A stretch of DNA of 63,596 bases, counting the filler. It is 5 parts of 5 records of this genome, joined end to end, with 100 filler letters (N's around TTAATTAATTAA, not from the genome) between each part and the next. Parts side by side here need not be neighbours in the genome. Positions count along the whole stretch, not along the records: positions 7,551 to 16,695 come from DRR723986_5575; positions 16,796 to 48,528 come from DRR723986_5577; 3 more parts are not named here. One strand, given 5' to 3'. Position 1 is the stretch's first letter; every line of letters begins with the position of its first letter. The position numbers and the translations under genes were made by a program. Shown here piece by piece: positions 10,134 to 20,330 of this stretch. The notes beneath the pieces are model-generated. The model was not told the DNA's origin. It did not search any database and saw nothing but the letters and a program-made list of their open reading frames with translations.

Positions 10134-11566
10134 TGATTGTGATTGATGATATTCGGTTTGATGCTGGCCAACCTCTGCAGCTTCAGCTCTATCGACAGTT
10201 GGCTGATCGAATTCTGGCTCAACGTTACCCTCCGGGACACCGGTTGCCGTCCAGTCGTCAGATGGCGGCGGATCTTGGCGTCAGTCGGAACACAGTGAAT
10301 GCGGTCTACGATCAGTTGAAAGCAGAAGGCTTCCTTCAAAGCCGGGCGGGTAGGGGAATGTTCGTTCACGAGGATATCGCGTCGGCTATCGAACCGGCTG
10401 GGAAAAAGTTGAAAATGCCCACCGGCGGGAGTTTCCGACTGCCTCCACTACCAGACAGGGTGCGCGGGACTCCCCGCAGAGCGGAAGATGCCTGCTTGCC
10501 ATTTCAGCCCGGCCTGCCGGATCTGGACGCCTTTCCCGTCAACGCCTGGAACCGCGTGCTGCACCATCAGGAAAGCCGGCGGGGGCTTCGCGGTTATGAC
10601 AGTACTCAGGGCTACCTGCCGCTGCGGACGGCCATTGCGGACTACCTCCGAACGTCGCGTGGCGTGCGTTGCCATGCGGATCAGATTGTGATCACCAATG
10701 GTGCACAGCAGGCCTTGTCGTTGCTGGCGGATGTGTTTCTGAGTCCCGGCGATCGTGTCCTTTGCGAGAATCCGGGCTATCGAGGTGCCCGCAATGCGCT
10801 GGGGCGCCTTGGCAATCCGTTGGTGCCCATTCCCCTGAAAAATCAGGTTCTTGATGTGACCGCGTTGCCACATCTGGGCTCCGCCAGGTTGCTGTTCTGC
10901 ACCCCCACCCATCAATATCCCATGGGGGGAATTCTGGACCTCTCCCAACGGATGGCCCTGGTGCAGTGGGCTCGGCAGAACGATTGCTGGATAGTGGAAG
11001 ACGACTATGACAGCGAGTTTCACTTCTTCAATAAGCCGTTTGCGGCGGTGCAGGGTATGTTCGACAATGCGCCGGTACTGTACGTGGGAAGTTTCAGCAA
11101 AACGCTGCTGCCGGCATTAAGAGTGGGATATGTCGTTCTTCCGGAGGAAGTAGTGGAGCCGGTGCTCTGGGCCAAACAGGTCAGTGGTGGCCAAACGCCC
11201 TTGCTGATTCAGGCCACTATTGCCAAGTTTATGGAGAGCGGCCAGTTTGTTCGACACGTTCGCCGGATGCGTCAGTTGTATCGGGACAAGTGGCAACACT
11301 TTCAGGACACGGTGCAGAGGAAACTCGGGGATCTGGTGCAACCGGTGGCCGAGAGTGCGGGTATGCATCTGGTGCTTGAAGGCCGGTTTGATGACTCAGC
11401 CTTGAGTGGATGGCTGAGGAAACAAGGCTTTGGCAGCACGCCATTGAGTGCGCACTACATCGGAGATACCGCATCATCCGGTCTGGTCATGGGTTTTGCC
11501 TGTGCCAGTGAGCGGGAAATGGAGGATTGCGTCAGCATCCTCAGAAGCGCGTTAACCCGGATGTAA
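10133..11566 (+). CDS. MocR/GabR family regulator (GntR HTH plus PLP aminotransferase domain)
   Basis: RLPSSRQMAADLGVSRNTV HTH; TPTHQYP, EDDYDSEF and GSFSKTL; GTG start at 10133 avoids overlap with the divergent gene. Confidence 0.93.
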   Translation: MIVIDDIRFDAGQPLQLQLYRQLADRILAQRYPPGHRLPSSRQMAADLGVSRNTVNAVYDQLKAEGFLQSRAGRGMFVHEDIASAIEPAGKKLKMPTGGSFRLPPLPDRVRGTPRRAEDACLPFQPGLPDLDAFPVNAWNRVLHHQESRRGLRGYDSTQGYLPLRTAIADYLRTSRGVRCHADQIVITNGAQQALSLLADVFLSPGDRVLCENPGYRGARNALGRLGNPLVPIPLKNQVLDVTALPHLGSARLLFCTPTHQYPMGGILDLSQRMALVQWARQNDCWIVEDDYDSEFHFFNKPFAAVQGMFDNAPVLYVGSFSKTLLPALRVGYVVLPEEVVEPVLWAKQVSGGQTPLLIQATIAKFMESGQFVRHVRRMRQLYRDKWQHFQDTVQRKLGDLVQPVAESAGMHLVLEGRFDDSALSGWLRKQGFGSTPLSAHYIGDTASSGLVMGFACASEREMEDCVSILRSALTRM

Positions 11567-11617
11567 CCGCAGCTTGTAATTGACTCAAAATCCGTTGGAA
11601 TAGCAAAGGGAAGCAGC

Positions 11618-12073
11618 ATGACAACACCATCCGAGGCGAGACAGCGCGCCATTCTGGATCGTCTTGACCGGTTCAGTCGTCTGATGGACAGCAGCATCGG
11701 CCTTCCATTTACCAGGTTCCGGATTGGCATAGAGGCCATCATCGGGCTGTTACCGGTGGTTGGTGACATGGCTGGCCTGATCCTCTCGGGCTATGTGCTG
11801 GTAGAAGCGCAACGTGCTGGCGCCAGCAAGGCTGTGAAGTTAAGAATGCTCAGAAATATGGTCATTGATTTCCTGGGTGGCCTGTTGCCGGTGGTGGGAG
11901 ATGCCTTTGATGCCGTGTATAAGGCGAATACTCGCAATACCAGACTGCTGAGAAACTATCTTGAGAAGGAATTGGCGATTGAACCACCGCCACCGCCGTT
12001 CCCCTGGGGAACGCTGATTGGGTTGTCGATTCTGTTTGCAGTGATAACCGGTGGTTTGTCGCTCATTCTTTGA
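11618..12073 (+). CDS. DUF4112 domain membrane protein
   Basis: LMDSSIGLP..RIGIEAIIGLLPVVGD and a second GLLPVVGDAFD..KANTRN. Confidence 0.85.
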   Translation: MTTPSEARQRAILDRLDRFSRLMDSSIGLPFTRFRIGIEAIIGLLPVVGDMAGLILSGYVLVEAQRAGASKAVKLRMLRNMVIDFLGGLLPVVGDAFDAVYKANTRNTRLLRNYLEKELAIEPPPPPFPWGTLIGLSILFAVITGGLSLIL

Positions 12074-12099
12074 TCACCCAAACTGACTATGGATAGAGC

Positions 12100-12837
12100 A
12101 TGATGCTGGACGCACTTCAGGCCAATGGCCTTATGCAGATACTACTACTGACATTGATGGCCGGTCTTGCAATGCCTGTGGGCGCAGCACTGGCATCGGT
12201 GGAGCGTATTCACCCGCGCTGGCTGGAAACCGAGGTGCGGCACAGTGTGATCGCGTTTGGCGGTGGCGCGCTGCTGGCGGCTGTTGCGCTGGTACTGGTG
12301 CCAGAAGGGACGGCTAACTTGTCCATGGTGGGCATCGTTGTCTGTTTTGCCGGAGGCGGTATCAGTTTTATGCTTCTGGATCGATGGCTGGCTGCCAACG
12401 GCACACCGGCGAGCCAGTTGGTGGCCATGCTTTCGGATTTTGTACCGGAAGCCATGGCCCTCGGCGCCACTTTCTCGGTGTCCAGTGAGGGCGGAATTCT
12501 GCTGGCCGGCATCATTGCGTTGCAGAATATTCCCGAGGGCTTTAACTCCTATCGGGAACTGGTGGATGCGACCCATTATCGAGGATTGAAGATTGTGGTT
12601 GCCCTGGCGCTGATGGCGTTGCTTGGGCCGGTGGCCGGTGCCCTTGGCTACTTTCTGCTGTCGGATGCCCCGAGTGTAGTATCCGGCATCATGCTGTTTG
12701 CGGCAGGCGGTATTCTCTACATCATTTTCCAGGACATAGCGCCTCAGGTACGCCTGAAAAAACACTGGGCGCCACCATTGGGTGCGCTTGCAGGCTTTCT
12801 GCTTGGGGTGATGGGAGAGGTTGCGTTATCCGGATAG
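12100..12837 (+). CDS. ZIP-family divalent cation transporter-like protein
   Basis: AFGGGALLAAV, DFVPEA, LQNIPEG and FAAGGILY. Confidence 0.82.
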   Translation: MMLDALQANGLMQILLLTLMAGLAMPVGAALASVERIHPRWLETEVRHSVIAFGGGALLAAVALVLVPEGTANLSMVGIVVCFAGGGISFMLLDRWLAANGTPASQLVAMLSDFVPEAMALGATFSVSSEGGILLAGIIALQNIPEGFNSYRELVDATHYRGLKIVVALALMALLGPVAGALGYFLLSDAPSVVSGIMLFAAGGILYIIFQDIAPQVRLKKHWAPPLGALAGFLLGVMGEVALSG

Positions 12838-12920
12838 GGGACGTTCCGTCGTAGTTTGGCTATCATTCTGCCCTTCATGCGTTGTTTACTTTTTTATTAT
12901 CCCAGAACAGGAGACTAACC

Positions 12921-13376
12921 GTGGCGGATACATCACTTAAGGAAAAACTTTCCAGCGCAGTCAAGGACGCAATGCGGAGCAAGGACAAAGACCGCCTGGT
13001 GACGCTACGTATGGCTCAGGCTGCGGTGAAGCAGATTGAGGTCGACGAGCGCCGGGAACTCACTGATGACGATGTTCTGAAGGTGCTGGACAAAATGTTG
13101 AAACAGCGCCGGGACGCTGCTGCACAATATGATGACGCAGGCCGGGGCGAACTGGCAGACAAAGAGCGCTCGGAGATGGTGATCATCGAGGAGTTTATGC
13201 CTGCCGCGCTGTCTGAGGACGATCTGGATGCGCTTATCCGCGAAACCATTAACGCGACGGGAGCCTCCGGTATGCAGGACATGGGAAACGTGATGAATGA
13301 ACTCAAGCCTCAGGTGCTCGGCCGGGTGGATATGGGGCACCTGAGCAAGAAAGTTCGGGCTGCGCTGGCGGGTTAA
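12921..13376 (+). CDS. GatB/YqeY domain protein
   Basis: KDAMRSKDK.RL.TLR, KQRRD and DMGNVM..LKP; AGGAG precedes the GTG at 12921. Confidence 0.92.
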   Translation: MADTSLKEKLSSAVKDAMRSKDKDRLVTLRMAQAAVKQIEVDERRELTDDDVLKVLDKMLKQRRDAAAQYDDAGRGELADKERSEMVIIEEFMPAALSEDDLDALIRETINATGASGMQDMGNVMNELKPQVLGRVDMGHLSKKVRAALAG

Positions 13377-13400
13377 GCCAGCGCTGGGACCACGGCCTGG

Positions 13401-14069
13401 TCAGGCGAAGTCGTAGTCTCCACCTTTCTCCAGTGCTCTCTGGTACGCGGGGCGCGCATGCACCCGCGCTACCCAGGCCTTGATGTTTGGCCTGTCGTTA
13501 CCAACGATGCCCCTGGCGACGGACGCCTCCAGAGGAAAGCTCATCTGAATATCCGCCGCACTCAGCTGTTCCCCAAGAAACCAGGTGTTTTTGGCCAGTT
13601 GTGACTCCACGAAGTCCAGGTGGGTCTTGATCATCGGGCCGATAAAAATCTGGTTGGTTTTGTCCGAAATTCCTTTGGCGATCGGCTTGATAAAGAACGG
13701 CATTGGGCTGGTCTTCACCTTTTCAAACACCAGGCGCATGACCAGCGGTGGCATCAGTGAGCCCTCGGCATAGTGCATCCAGTAGGTGTAATCCAGCCAC
13801 TGTTGGCCCCCGGCTTCGGGCAGCATGGTGTCTTTACCATAAGTGTGCGCCAGATATTCGATGATGGCACCGGATTCGGCAACCACCAGATCTCCGTCGG
13901 TGATGACCGGGGACTTTCCGAGGGGGTGCACTTTCTTGAGACTGGCTGGAGCCAGCATGGTTTCAGGGTCGCGCTCATAGCGCTGGATCTCGTAGGGTAC
14001 GCCCAGTTCTTCCAGCATCCAGAGAATGCGTTGTGAACGTGAATTATTGAGGTGGTGAACTGTGATCAT
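13401..14069 (-). CDS. Glutathione S-transferase
   Basis: HHLNNSRSQR, HPLGKSP, AESGAIIEYL and SAADI. Confidence 0.95.
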   Translation of the reverse strand: MITVHHLNNSRSQRILWMLEELGVPYEIQRYERDPETMLAPASLKKVHPLGKSPVITDGDLVVAESGAIIEYLAHTYGKDTMLPEAGGQQWLDYTYWMHYAEGSLMPPLVMRLVFEKVKTSPMPFFIKPIAKGISDKTNQIFIGPMIKTHLDFVESQLAKNTWFLGEQLSAADIQMSFPLEASVARGIVGNDRPNIKAWVARVHARPAYQRALEKGGDYDFA

Positions 14070-14228
14070 TCGGAAGCTCCGTTCCCGTTTTATAAGTGGT
14101 CAGGGTAGTACAGTAGGCTGAAAAAGGCTGATTGGTTCACTCGAAATGTAGTATTCCGCTGTTACCTATCCCTGTTGAAAGTGGCGCATGATGGATATGC
14201 ATTGTTGATCAAACAGGGAGGAATGAAC

Positions 14229-14810
14229 ATGTCGAATAAAAAACTGTTGCTGCTGGCCGGCGATTTCACCGAAGACTACGAGACCATGGTGCCGTTCCAG
14301 GCACTGACCATGCTGGGCTACGAAGTACACGCGGTTTGCCCGGAAAAGAAATCCGGCGACAGCGTGAAAACCGCCATCCATGATTTTGAAGGTGACCAGA
14401 CTTACACCGAAAAGCCGGGTCATAACTTCGCGCTCAATTACGATTTCGATAAGGTTCAGGTTGATGACTATGCTGGGCTGGTGATTCCCGGTGGTCGGGG
14501 CCCGGAGTACCTGCGCCTGAATGAGCGGGTGATTGAGATCGTGCAGGCGTTCAACAACGCGGGCAAACCCATTGCGTCGGTTTGTCATGGCGCCCAGATC
14601 CTGGCCGCCGCCGGAGTGCTGGAGGGGCGCGAGTGCAGTGCCTATCCGGCCTGTGGGCCCGATGTGAAAATGGCGGGTGGTCGTTACATGGACATTCCGG
14701 TCGATCAGGCTCACGTTCAGGGCAACCTGGTGACGGCTCCGGCCTGGCCTGCCCATCCGGCATGGCTGTCAGCGTTTGCTAAACTGCTTGGTGCTGAGAT
14801 CTCGATCTAG
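14229..14810 (+). CDS. DJ-1/PfpI family protein
   Basis: [16 protein letters not shown] and SVCHGAQ nucleophile; GGGAGG SD at 14216-14221. Confidence 0.93.
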   Translation: MSNKKLLLLAGDFTEDYETMVPFQALTMLGYEVHAVCPEKKSGDSVKTAIHDFEGDQTYTEKPGHNFALNYDFDKVQVDDYAGLVIPGGRGPEYLRLNERVIEIVQAFNNAGKPIASVCHGAQILAAAGVLEGRECSAYPACGPDVKMAGGRYMDIPVDQAHVQGNLVTAPAWPAHPAWLSAFAKLLGAEISI

Positions 14811-14818
14811 TCTTAACC

Positions 14819-14843
14819 CGGCAGCCTCCGCTGGAGGCTGCCG
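14819..14843. other. Intercistronic hairpin
   Basis: Perfect 11-bp stem CGGCAGCCTCC-gct-GGAGGCTGCCG with no U-tract. Confidence 0.55.
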
Positions 14844-14864
14844 TTATCACAGGAGACCGACTCC

Positions 14865-15197
14865 ATGTGTGAACTCTATGTGAAAGCCGACCCGATCCTG
14901 TTTGAAAGTCGGTCCCGTTCTCTCCGTATCCGGGGGGTGGTCACAACGCTTCGGCTTGAGAACCAGTTCTGGGATATTCTCCGGGAGATTGCCGAAGTGG
15001 ACGGCATGACCACCAATCAGCTCATCACCAAACTCCACGAAGAGGTGATGGAACTGAGAGGTGAAGTAGAGAACTTCGCCTCCTTTCTCCGTGTAAGCTG
15101 CACACGCTATCTGGCGCAGCGCGAAGCCCGTCCCGTTCCCCTGATAACGGCTCATTCATCGGGTAAGGCCCAGTCCCGGGTCGCGTCGGTCCCTTGA
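14865..15197 (+). CDS. Ribbon-helix-helix domain protein
   Basis: SRSLRIRGVVTTLRLENQFWDILREIA...NFASFLRVSC. Confidence 0.85.
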   Translation: MCELYVKADPILFESRSRSLRIRGVVTTLRLENQFWDILREIAEVDGMTTNQLITKLHEEVMELRGEVENFASFLRVSCTRYLAQREARPVPLITAHSSGKAQSRVASVP

Positions 15198-15265
15198 ATT
15201 ATCCGCCGTCCGGGCGCAGCTAGTAGGGTAGGTTCATTTCACACAACTGACAGGGGAGGCACCCC

Positions 15266-15904
15266 ATGCATGTATTCATTGCCGGAGCCAACGGGCAGAT
15301 CGGGCGTTTTCTATTACAGGAAATCGCGGATAGCAGGCATGAGGCACGAGCACTGGTTCGCCACGCAGACCAGGGGCCGGAGTTGCAGCAGCTTGGTGCC
15401 ACGGAAACGGTGATTGGCGACCTGGAGCAGGATTGCAGCGAAGCGATGCGGGGCTGTGACGCCGTTATCTTTACGGCCGGGTCCGGCCCCCATACTGGTC
15501 CGGACAAGACGGTAGATGTGGATCAGGATGGCGCGATTCGACTCGTGGATACCGCCAAGGCCATGGGCATCAAACGTTTCATCATGGTCAGCAGTATGCG
15601 AGCTGAAGAGCCCGAAAAAGGCCCTGAAAAGCTTCAGCATTACCTGCGTGCCAAGCGTAATGCCGATGAACACCTGAAAAACAGTGGTCTGAATTACACC
15701 ATTGTGCGCCCTGGCCGACTTACTAATGACGATGGCAACGGTAAGGTGTCTGTCAGCGAGCGACTGGACGCGTTCGGAGAGATTCCTCGCCAAGACGTTG
15801 CCCGGGTTCTGTTGACTGTGCTGGATTCTGACAATACCGGCAATTGCGTTTTTGATGTAGTGTCTGGAGATGTGCCGGTGCGTGATGCGCTGGCGAACCT
15901 GTAA
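15266..15904 (+). CDS. NAD(P)-binding atypical SDR oxidoreductase
   Basis: GANGQIG Rossmann motif, FTAGSG, YxxxK (YLRAK) and YTIVRPG. Confidence 0.9.
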   Translation: MHVFIAGANGQIGRFLLQEIADSRHEARALVRHADQGPELQQLGATETVIGDLEQDCSEAMRGCDAVIFTAGSGPHTGPDKTVDVDQDGAIRLVDTAKAMGIKRFIMVSSMRAEEPEKGPEKLQHYLRAKRNADEHLKNSGLNYTIVRPGRLTNDDGNGKVSVSERLDAFGEIPRQDVARVLLTVLDSDNTGNCVFDVVSGDVPVRDALANL

Positions 15905-15940
15905 GCCGCATCCGCCGGCATGATCAACAAGAGAGCCGCA

Positions 15941-16327
15941 ATGAGCGATAACCCGTTAGCCTCGATTCTGGAAATGGATGGCGAAGAACGCTATGACTAT
16001 TTTCTGGATGCTGTGGTGGAAGAGCGTGAGCTCTGGATACTGGTCAATGGAGATAACCAGTTTCTCAAAATTGTCTCGGAGGAAGATGGCGTCGGATATC
16101 TCCCGGTGTGGCCCGCTGAGGACTTTGCAGCAGATTATGCAGGGCCTTCGGGTGACCTGAGCCCCAAAGCGATTTCATTGCCGGACTTCTTCAAAAAGTG
16201 GGTGCCCGGGTTAAGCCGTGACGGGCTTGAGGTGGGTGTTTTTCCGGGCGCCGACAGTGAGCTATGGATAACGCAGCCGGAAGAGCTGAAGCAGGATCTT
16301 CAGGAAGTGTTGTCGGGATCTTTCTGA
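15941..16327 (+). CDS. DUF2750 family protein
   Basis: ERYDYF, ELWIL, LPVWP and GVFP pattern; acidic. Confidence 0.75.
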   Translation: MSDNPLASILEMDGEERYDYFLDAVVEERELWILVNGDNQFLKIVSEEDGVGYLPVWPAEDFAADYAGPSGDLSPKAISLPDFFKKWVPGLSRDGLEVGVFPGADSELWITQPEELKQDLQEVLSGSF

Positions 16328-16333
16328 TCCCGG

Positions 16334-16695
16334 CTACACCAGAAAATTCCCCCTCTCTGATACGGTCAGTTCCACTTCTTCGCTTCGATCCTTCAGGGCG
16401 ACCCCTGAGGTGCCCAGTCGCCTAGCTTCCTTAAGAAGGTAGATCACTTTCTCGCTCGCCTGTTCCACCCCCAGTCCGGCAGGGCGGATATTGGATACGC
16501 AGTTGCGGCGGGCATCTGGCAGCCCCGGCTCGGGATGATGAGTAAGGTAGACGCCGAGGCTGTCGGGTGAGCTGAGCCCCGGTCGCTCGCCGATCAGTAC
16601 CACCACTTGTTGTGTCTGGAGCACCTGGCCTATGTGGTCGCCAATCGCTACGCGCCCCTGTTCTACCAGCAGGGGCGCTGCAACCCGCCACTCAG
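16334..16695 (-). CDS. eutC: Ethanolamine ammonia-lyase small subunit, 3' part
   Basis: [38 protein letters not shown]; frame open to contig end. Confidence 0.93.
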
Positions 16696-16795
16696 NNNNN
16701 NNNNNNNNNNNNNNNNNNNNNNNNNNNNNNNNNNNNNNNTTAATTAATTAANNNNNNNNNNNNNNNNNNNNNNNNNNNNNNNNNNNNNNNNNNNN
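16696..16795. other. Artificial contig linker
   Basis: N44-TTAATTAATTAA-N44. Confidence 0.99.
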
Positions 16796-17094
16796 GGAGC
16801 GAAACGGTGTTTTATATGCAGTAGACATGGGTTAACATTTTTGCTGGAAGGCCGGACTGCGACTTGTCGTAGCGCGTGAAACTGGGTAATTAAATGGCTG
16901 GGCGCAGGCTGAACGGATTGAGACTTAACTGTATACTTGCGGTTTAGCTGCCTGGAGAATTCACACAGACTCAAAGACCTCAGACTTCCAACCCAACAAC
17001 TAACAAGACCGCCTTTAAACCGGCGCACAAAGTAGCCGGAATCAGACCAATCCAAACCTAAAAAACGCAATGCCTGACATTTCTGATCCCGTTT

Positions 17095-17137
17095 AAAAGC
17101 AACAGGGCCTCGACATCGAAATGCCGAGACCCCGTTG
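17095..17137 (-). terminator. gdhA terminator
   Basis: Minus strand: CAACGGGGTCTCGGCAT-ttcg-ATGTCGAGGCCCTGTTG-CTTTT, a 17-bp stem with G-U pairs and a UUCG loop. Confidence 0.8.
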
Positions 17138-17166
17138 ACGGTACTCGAGATATTCACGCTGGAAAC

Positions 17167-18510
17167 TTAAACAACGCCGTAGGCGACCATGGCGTCGGCA
17201 ACTTTAACAAATCCAGCAATATTTGCGCCGGCCACGTAGTTAACATGTCCGTCCTCTGTGCCATACTCTACACAAGCTTCGTGAATGTCGTGCATGATGG
17301 TTTTGAGGCGGGTGTCAACTTCCGCGCGGTCCCAGGAAAGGCGCAGTGAGTTTTGCGACATCTCCAGGCCGGAAACGGCTACACCACCAGCGTTGGCAGC
17401 TTTGCCGGGCGCGAACATAATTTTTGCATTCTCAAAAACTTCGACGGCTTCCGGAGTTGAAGGCATATTGGCACCTTCGCTAACGAGTTTGCAGTTGTTT
17501 TCGATAAGCGTGCGCGCGTCGTTTCCGTCCAACTCGTTTTGTGTGGCACATGGGAATGCCATGTCACAGTCGATGGACCAGGGGTTCTGGCCTTCGCGGA
17601 ATTCGGCGTCATTATTTTTTGTGAACTCGCTGAGCGGCAAACGGTCAACAGTTTTGATTTTAATGACTTCGGCAAGCTGCTCACTTGTTAAGCCGTTGGG
17701 AATGTAGAGTGTTCCCTTACGATCGGAGAGCGAGACAACTTTAGCGCCAAGCTCAATCAGCTTTTCGGCAGCGTACTGTGCGACATTGCCGGAACCGCTG
17801 ATGACGGCTTTTTTGCCCTCGAAACCATCTTTAACACGCGTCAGCATTTCCTGCGCAAAGTAGACCGCACCATAACCCGTCGCTTCCGGACGAATTTTAC
17901 TGCCGCCGTACTCTGTGCCTTTTCCGGTCAGCACACCCTCAAAGCTGTTAGCGAGGCGTTTGTACTGTCCAAAGAGATAACCGATCTCACGGCCACCGAC
18001 GCCGATATCACCAGCGGGGACGTCAACATTACCGCCGATGTGACGGAAGAGTTCGGTCATAAAGGACTGGCAAAAACGCATAACTTCGAGGTCAGACTTG
18101 CCCTTGGGGTCGAAGTCGGAACCACCTTTACCGCCACCCATCGGCAGCGTGGTAAGGCTGTTTTTAAAGATTTGCTCAAAGGCCAGGAACTTTAGGATGC
18201 TGAGGCTTACGCTGGGATCAAAACGCAATCCACCCTTGTATGGGCCGATTGAATTATTGAACTGCACGCGATATCCCCGGTTAACCTGCACCACATTATT
18301 GTCATCGAGCCATGCGACGCGGAACATGACAACGCGGTCCGGCTCTACGATACGCTCAAGGATTGACATTTTCTGATATTTGGGGTTGCGACGCGCAAAG
18401 GGCGCCACGTGCTGGACCACCTCGGTCACTGCCTGGTGAAACTCAGTTTCGCCCGGGTTTTTGGCTTTGACCCGGTCGAGTAGCAAATCCACATCCATAC
18501 CGATTTCCAT
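17167..18510 (-). CDS. gdhA: NADP-specific glutamate dehydrogenase
   Basis: GPYKGGLRF, GGGKGG, DVPAGDIGVG, RPEATGYG, GSGNVA and EGANMP. Confidence 0.97.
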   Translation of the reverse strand: MEIGMDVDLLLDRVKAKNPGETEFHQAVTEVVQHVAPFARRNPKYQKMSILERIVEPDRVVMFRVAWLDDNNVVQVNRGYRVQFNNSIGPYKGGLRFDPSVSLSILKFLAFEQIFKNSLTTLPMGGGKGGSDFDPKGKSDLEVMRFCQSFMTELFRHIGGNVDVPAGDIGVGGREIGYLFGQYKRLANSFEGVLTGKGTEYGGSKIRPEATGYGAVYFAQEMLTRVKDGFEGKKAVISGSGNVAQYAAEKLIELGAKVVSLSDRKGTLYIPNGLTSEQLAEVIKIKTVDRLPLSEFTKNNDAEFREGQNPWSIDCDMAFPCATQNELDGNDARTLIENNCKLVSEGANMPSTPEAVEVFENAKIMFAPGKAANAGGVAVSGLEMSQNSLRLSWDRAEVDTRLKTIMHDIHEACVEYGTEDGHVNYVAGANIAGFVKVADAMVAYGVV

Positions 18511-18898
18511 TAAAGTAGAAGAGTGAAATTCAGGGACGATTGTTCCGCTGAAGCTTGCCGTAGCACGAGGCCGACGCTCCCACGGAGGCGGTTAAAGGTC
18601 CGCATCACTCCTGACGCCGACTCACCGCAGGTACAATTTGGCGATATGGATATTGAAAGTCCAAATATTTATCAAAAAATGGCACTACGTTGGACGTTTA
18701 TTGGGCACCTGCGTGTCCGTCTGCCCTTGCCAAACCACGAACACAGCAAACAATCAAGGCGGTCACCAGCGAATCCACCGAAGACGGCACACGCAAAATT
18801 ATCAGCGGCATGCGGCTGTATGCGTGTATGCAAAAGCCCACTAATTCGCGCAAGATTGGCAAGCAGCTCATCCAAAATCCAGTTAGAAGTCAGATGAA

Positions 18899-18942
18899 AT
18901 ACATATTAATATTTGGTCATATGATAATTCTTACATATATTG
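18899..18942 (+). promoter_or_regulatory. AT-rich promoter/operator region of the ArsR-sulfur operon
   Basis: Three CATAT elements (ACATATT, TCATATGA, ACATATATT) just upstream of the arsR-type gene; operator role inferred. Confidence 0.4.
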
Positions 18943-18972
18943 GCGTCGTTCAGTAAAGCAAAGGAGGCCAAA

Positions 18973-19332
18973 ATGCCCAGTGACAGGACAGACAAACAGA
19001 CAAAAGTGGAGACGGGCGATGCACATGTGGCGCGCACGGCGCTGGATCCGGCCAAGCTGGAGAAGGCGGCATTTATCCTCAAATGCGTCGCACATCCCTT
19101 GCGCCTGGCCATTATTGAGCTGCTCGGACGCGTAGAACAACTGAGCGTCAATGAGATATGCGCTGAGCTGCAAAGCGAGCAGTCGCTGGTTTCACATCAT
19201 TTGAGTACGATGAAACTCAAGGGCCTGCTCGGCGCTGAGCGCCAGGGCAAACAGATGATGTACTTCCTGAAGGAACGCGACATCCTCAAGATTTTTGACT
19301 GCCTTGAGAATTGTAAATGCAACATGCTTTGA
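18973..19332 (+). CDS. ArsR/SmtB family regulator (candidate persulfide sensor)
   Basis: LKCVAHPLRLAII, EQSLVSHHL and RQGKQMMY; AAGGAGG SD before the ATG at 18973; C-terminal CxxxCxC. Confidence 0.9.
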   Translation: MPSDRTDKQTKVETGDAHVARTALDPAKLEKAAFILKCVAHPLRLAIIELLGRVEQLSVNEICAELQSEQSLVSHHLSTMKLKGLLGAERQGKQMMYFLKERDILKIFDCLENCKCNML

Positions 19333-19409
19333 GCGTCCGCCTGAGCAGATTCTGAACTATCGAACAGGCGTGCACGCAGCCGCCAAACCAGGGACATTGC
19401 AGCAGGGAT

Positions 19410-20225
19410 ATGGAAGAAATCATCGGTTATGCAGCGGCGGTCATCATTGGATTCACGCTTGGCCTGATAGGCGGAGGCGGGTCGATCCTGACGCTGCCGG
19501 TTTTCAGTTATCTCTTTGGTCTGGACGGCCTGACGGCTACCTCCTACTCACTTTTTGTGGTGGGCATGACAGCGCTGGTAGGCGCCGGCCAGTATGTGCG
19601 CCGCGGCCAGGTGGACTTCCGCACGGGCATAATTTTTGCGATTCCGGCGCTGCTCTCGGTATACCTGACGCGCCTGTATCTGATGCCTGCGATTCCGGAT
19701 TCGCTCTTTACAATCAGTGGATTTGAGCTGACGCGTGACGTGGCGATCATGATCTGGTTTGCGGTCATTATGCTCTTCGCTGCTATCTCAATGATTCGCG
19801 GACGCAAAACGCCCAAGGGCGCGGATGCCGCCGCAACAACTGAGAAAAAACAACTGCCGGTGCACCTGATAATCCTGGAAGGTTTGCTGGTGGGCGTGCT
19901 GACGGGCGTAGTCGGCGCGGGCGGCGGCTTCCTGATTATTCCGGCGCTGGTACTGATGGCCAAGATGCCAATGAAAACCGCCGTGGGCACATCGCTGATG
20001 ATCATTGCGGCGAAATCGCTGATAGGCTTCAGCGGCGACTTAATGGCCGGCCTGGCGGTTGACTGGACTTTCCTGGCGGTGTTCAGTGCCCTGGCGGCCG
20101 TCGGCATATTCATCGGCACCTGGGCGACGCGTTACATCCCCGGCGCCAAGCTCAAAACCGGATTCGGTTGGTTTGTGCTGGTGATGGCCGCTTACATCTT
20201 CGTGCGCGAGATTCTGCTGAAGTGA
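19410..20225 (+). CDS. TauE/SafE sulfite exporter
   Basis: GLIGGGGSIL, GAGGGFLIIPAL and AVGTSL. Confidence 0.93.
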   Translation: MEEIIGYAAAVIIGFTLGLIGGGGSILTLPVFSYLFGLDGLTATSYSLFVVGMTALVGAGQYVRRGQVDFRTGIIFAIPALLSVYLTRLYLMPAIPDSLFTISGFELTRDVAIMIWFAVIMLFAAISMIRGRKTPKGADAAATTEKKQLPVHLIILEGLLVGVLTGVVGAGGGFLIIPALVLMAKMPMKTAVGTSLMIIAAKSLIGFSGDLMAGLAVDWTFLAVFSALAAVGIFIGTWATRYIPGAKLKTGFGWFVLVMAAYIFVREILLK

Positions 20226-20330
20226 TTTCGGTTTTAACAGGCCGCTGGCAGCCTTAAGATTCGCGCACACAACACAGAAAATTTCCGATTAACATTTTAA
20301 AGTAGATTCAACTTCACAAGGAAGACCAAC

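Noticed and set aside
16796-17094. A/C-rich non-coding stretch downstream of gdhA as a possible sRNA
   Set aside because: No clear terminator or second copy, and it lies at a contig edge.
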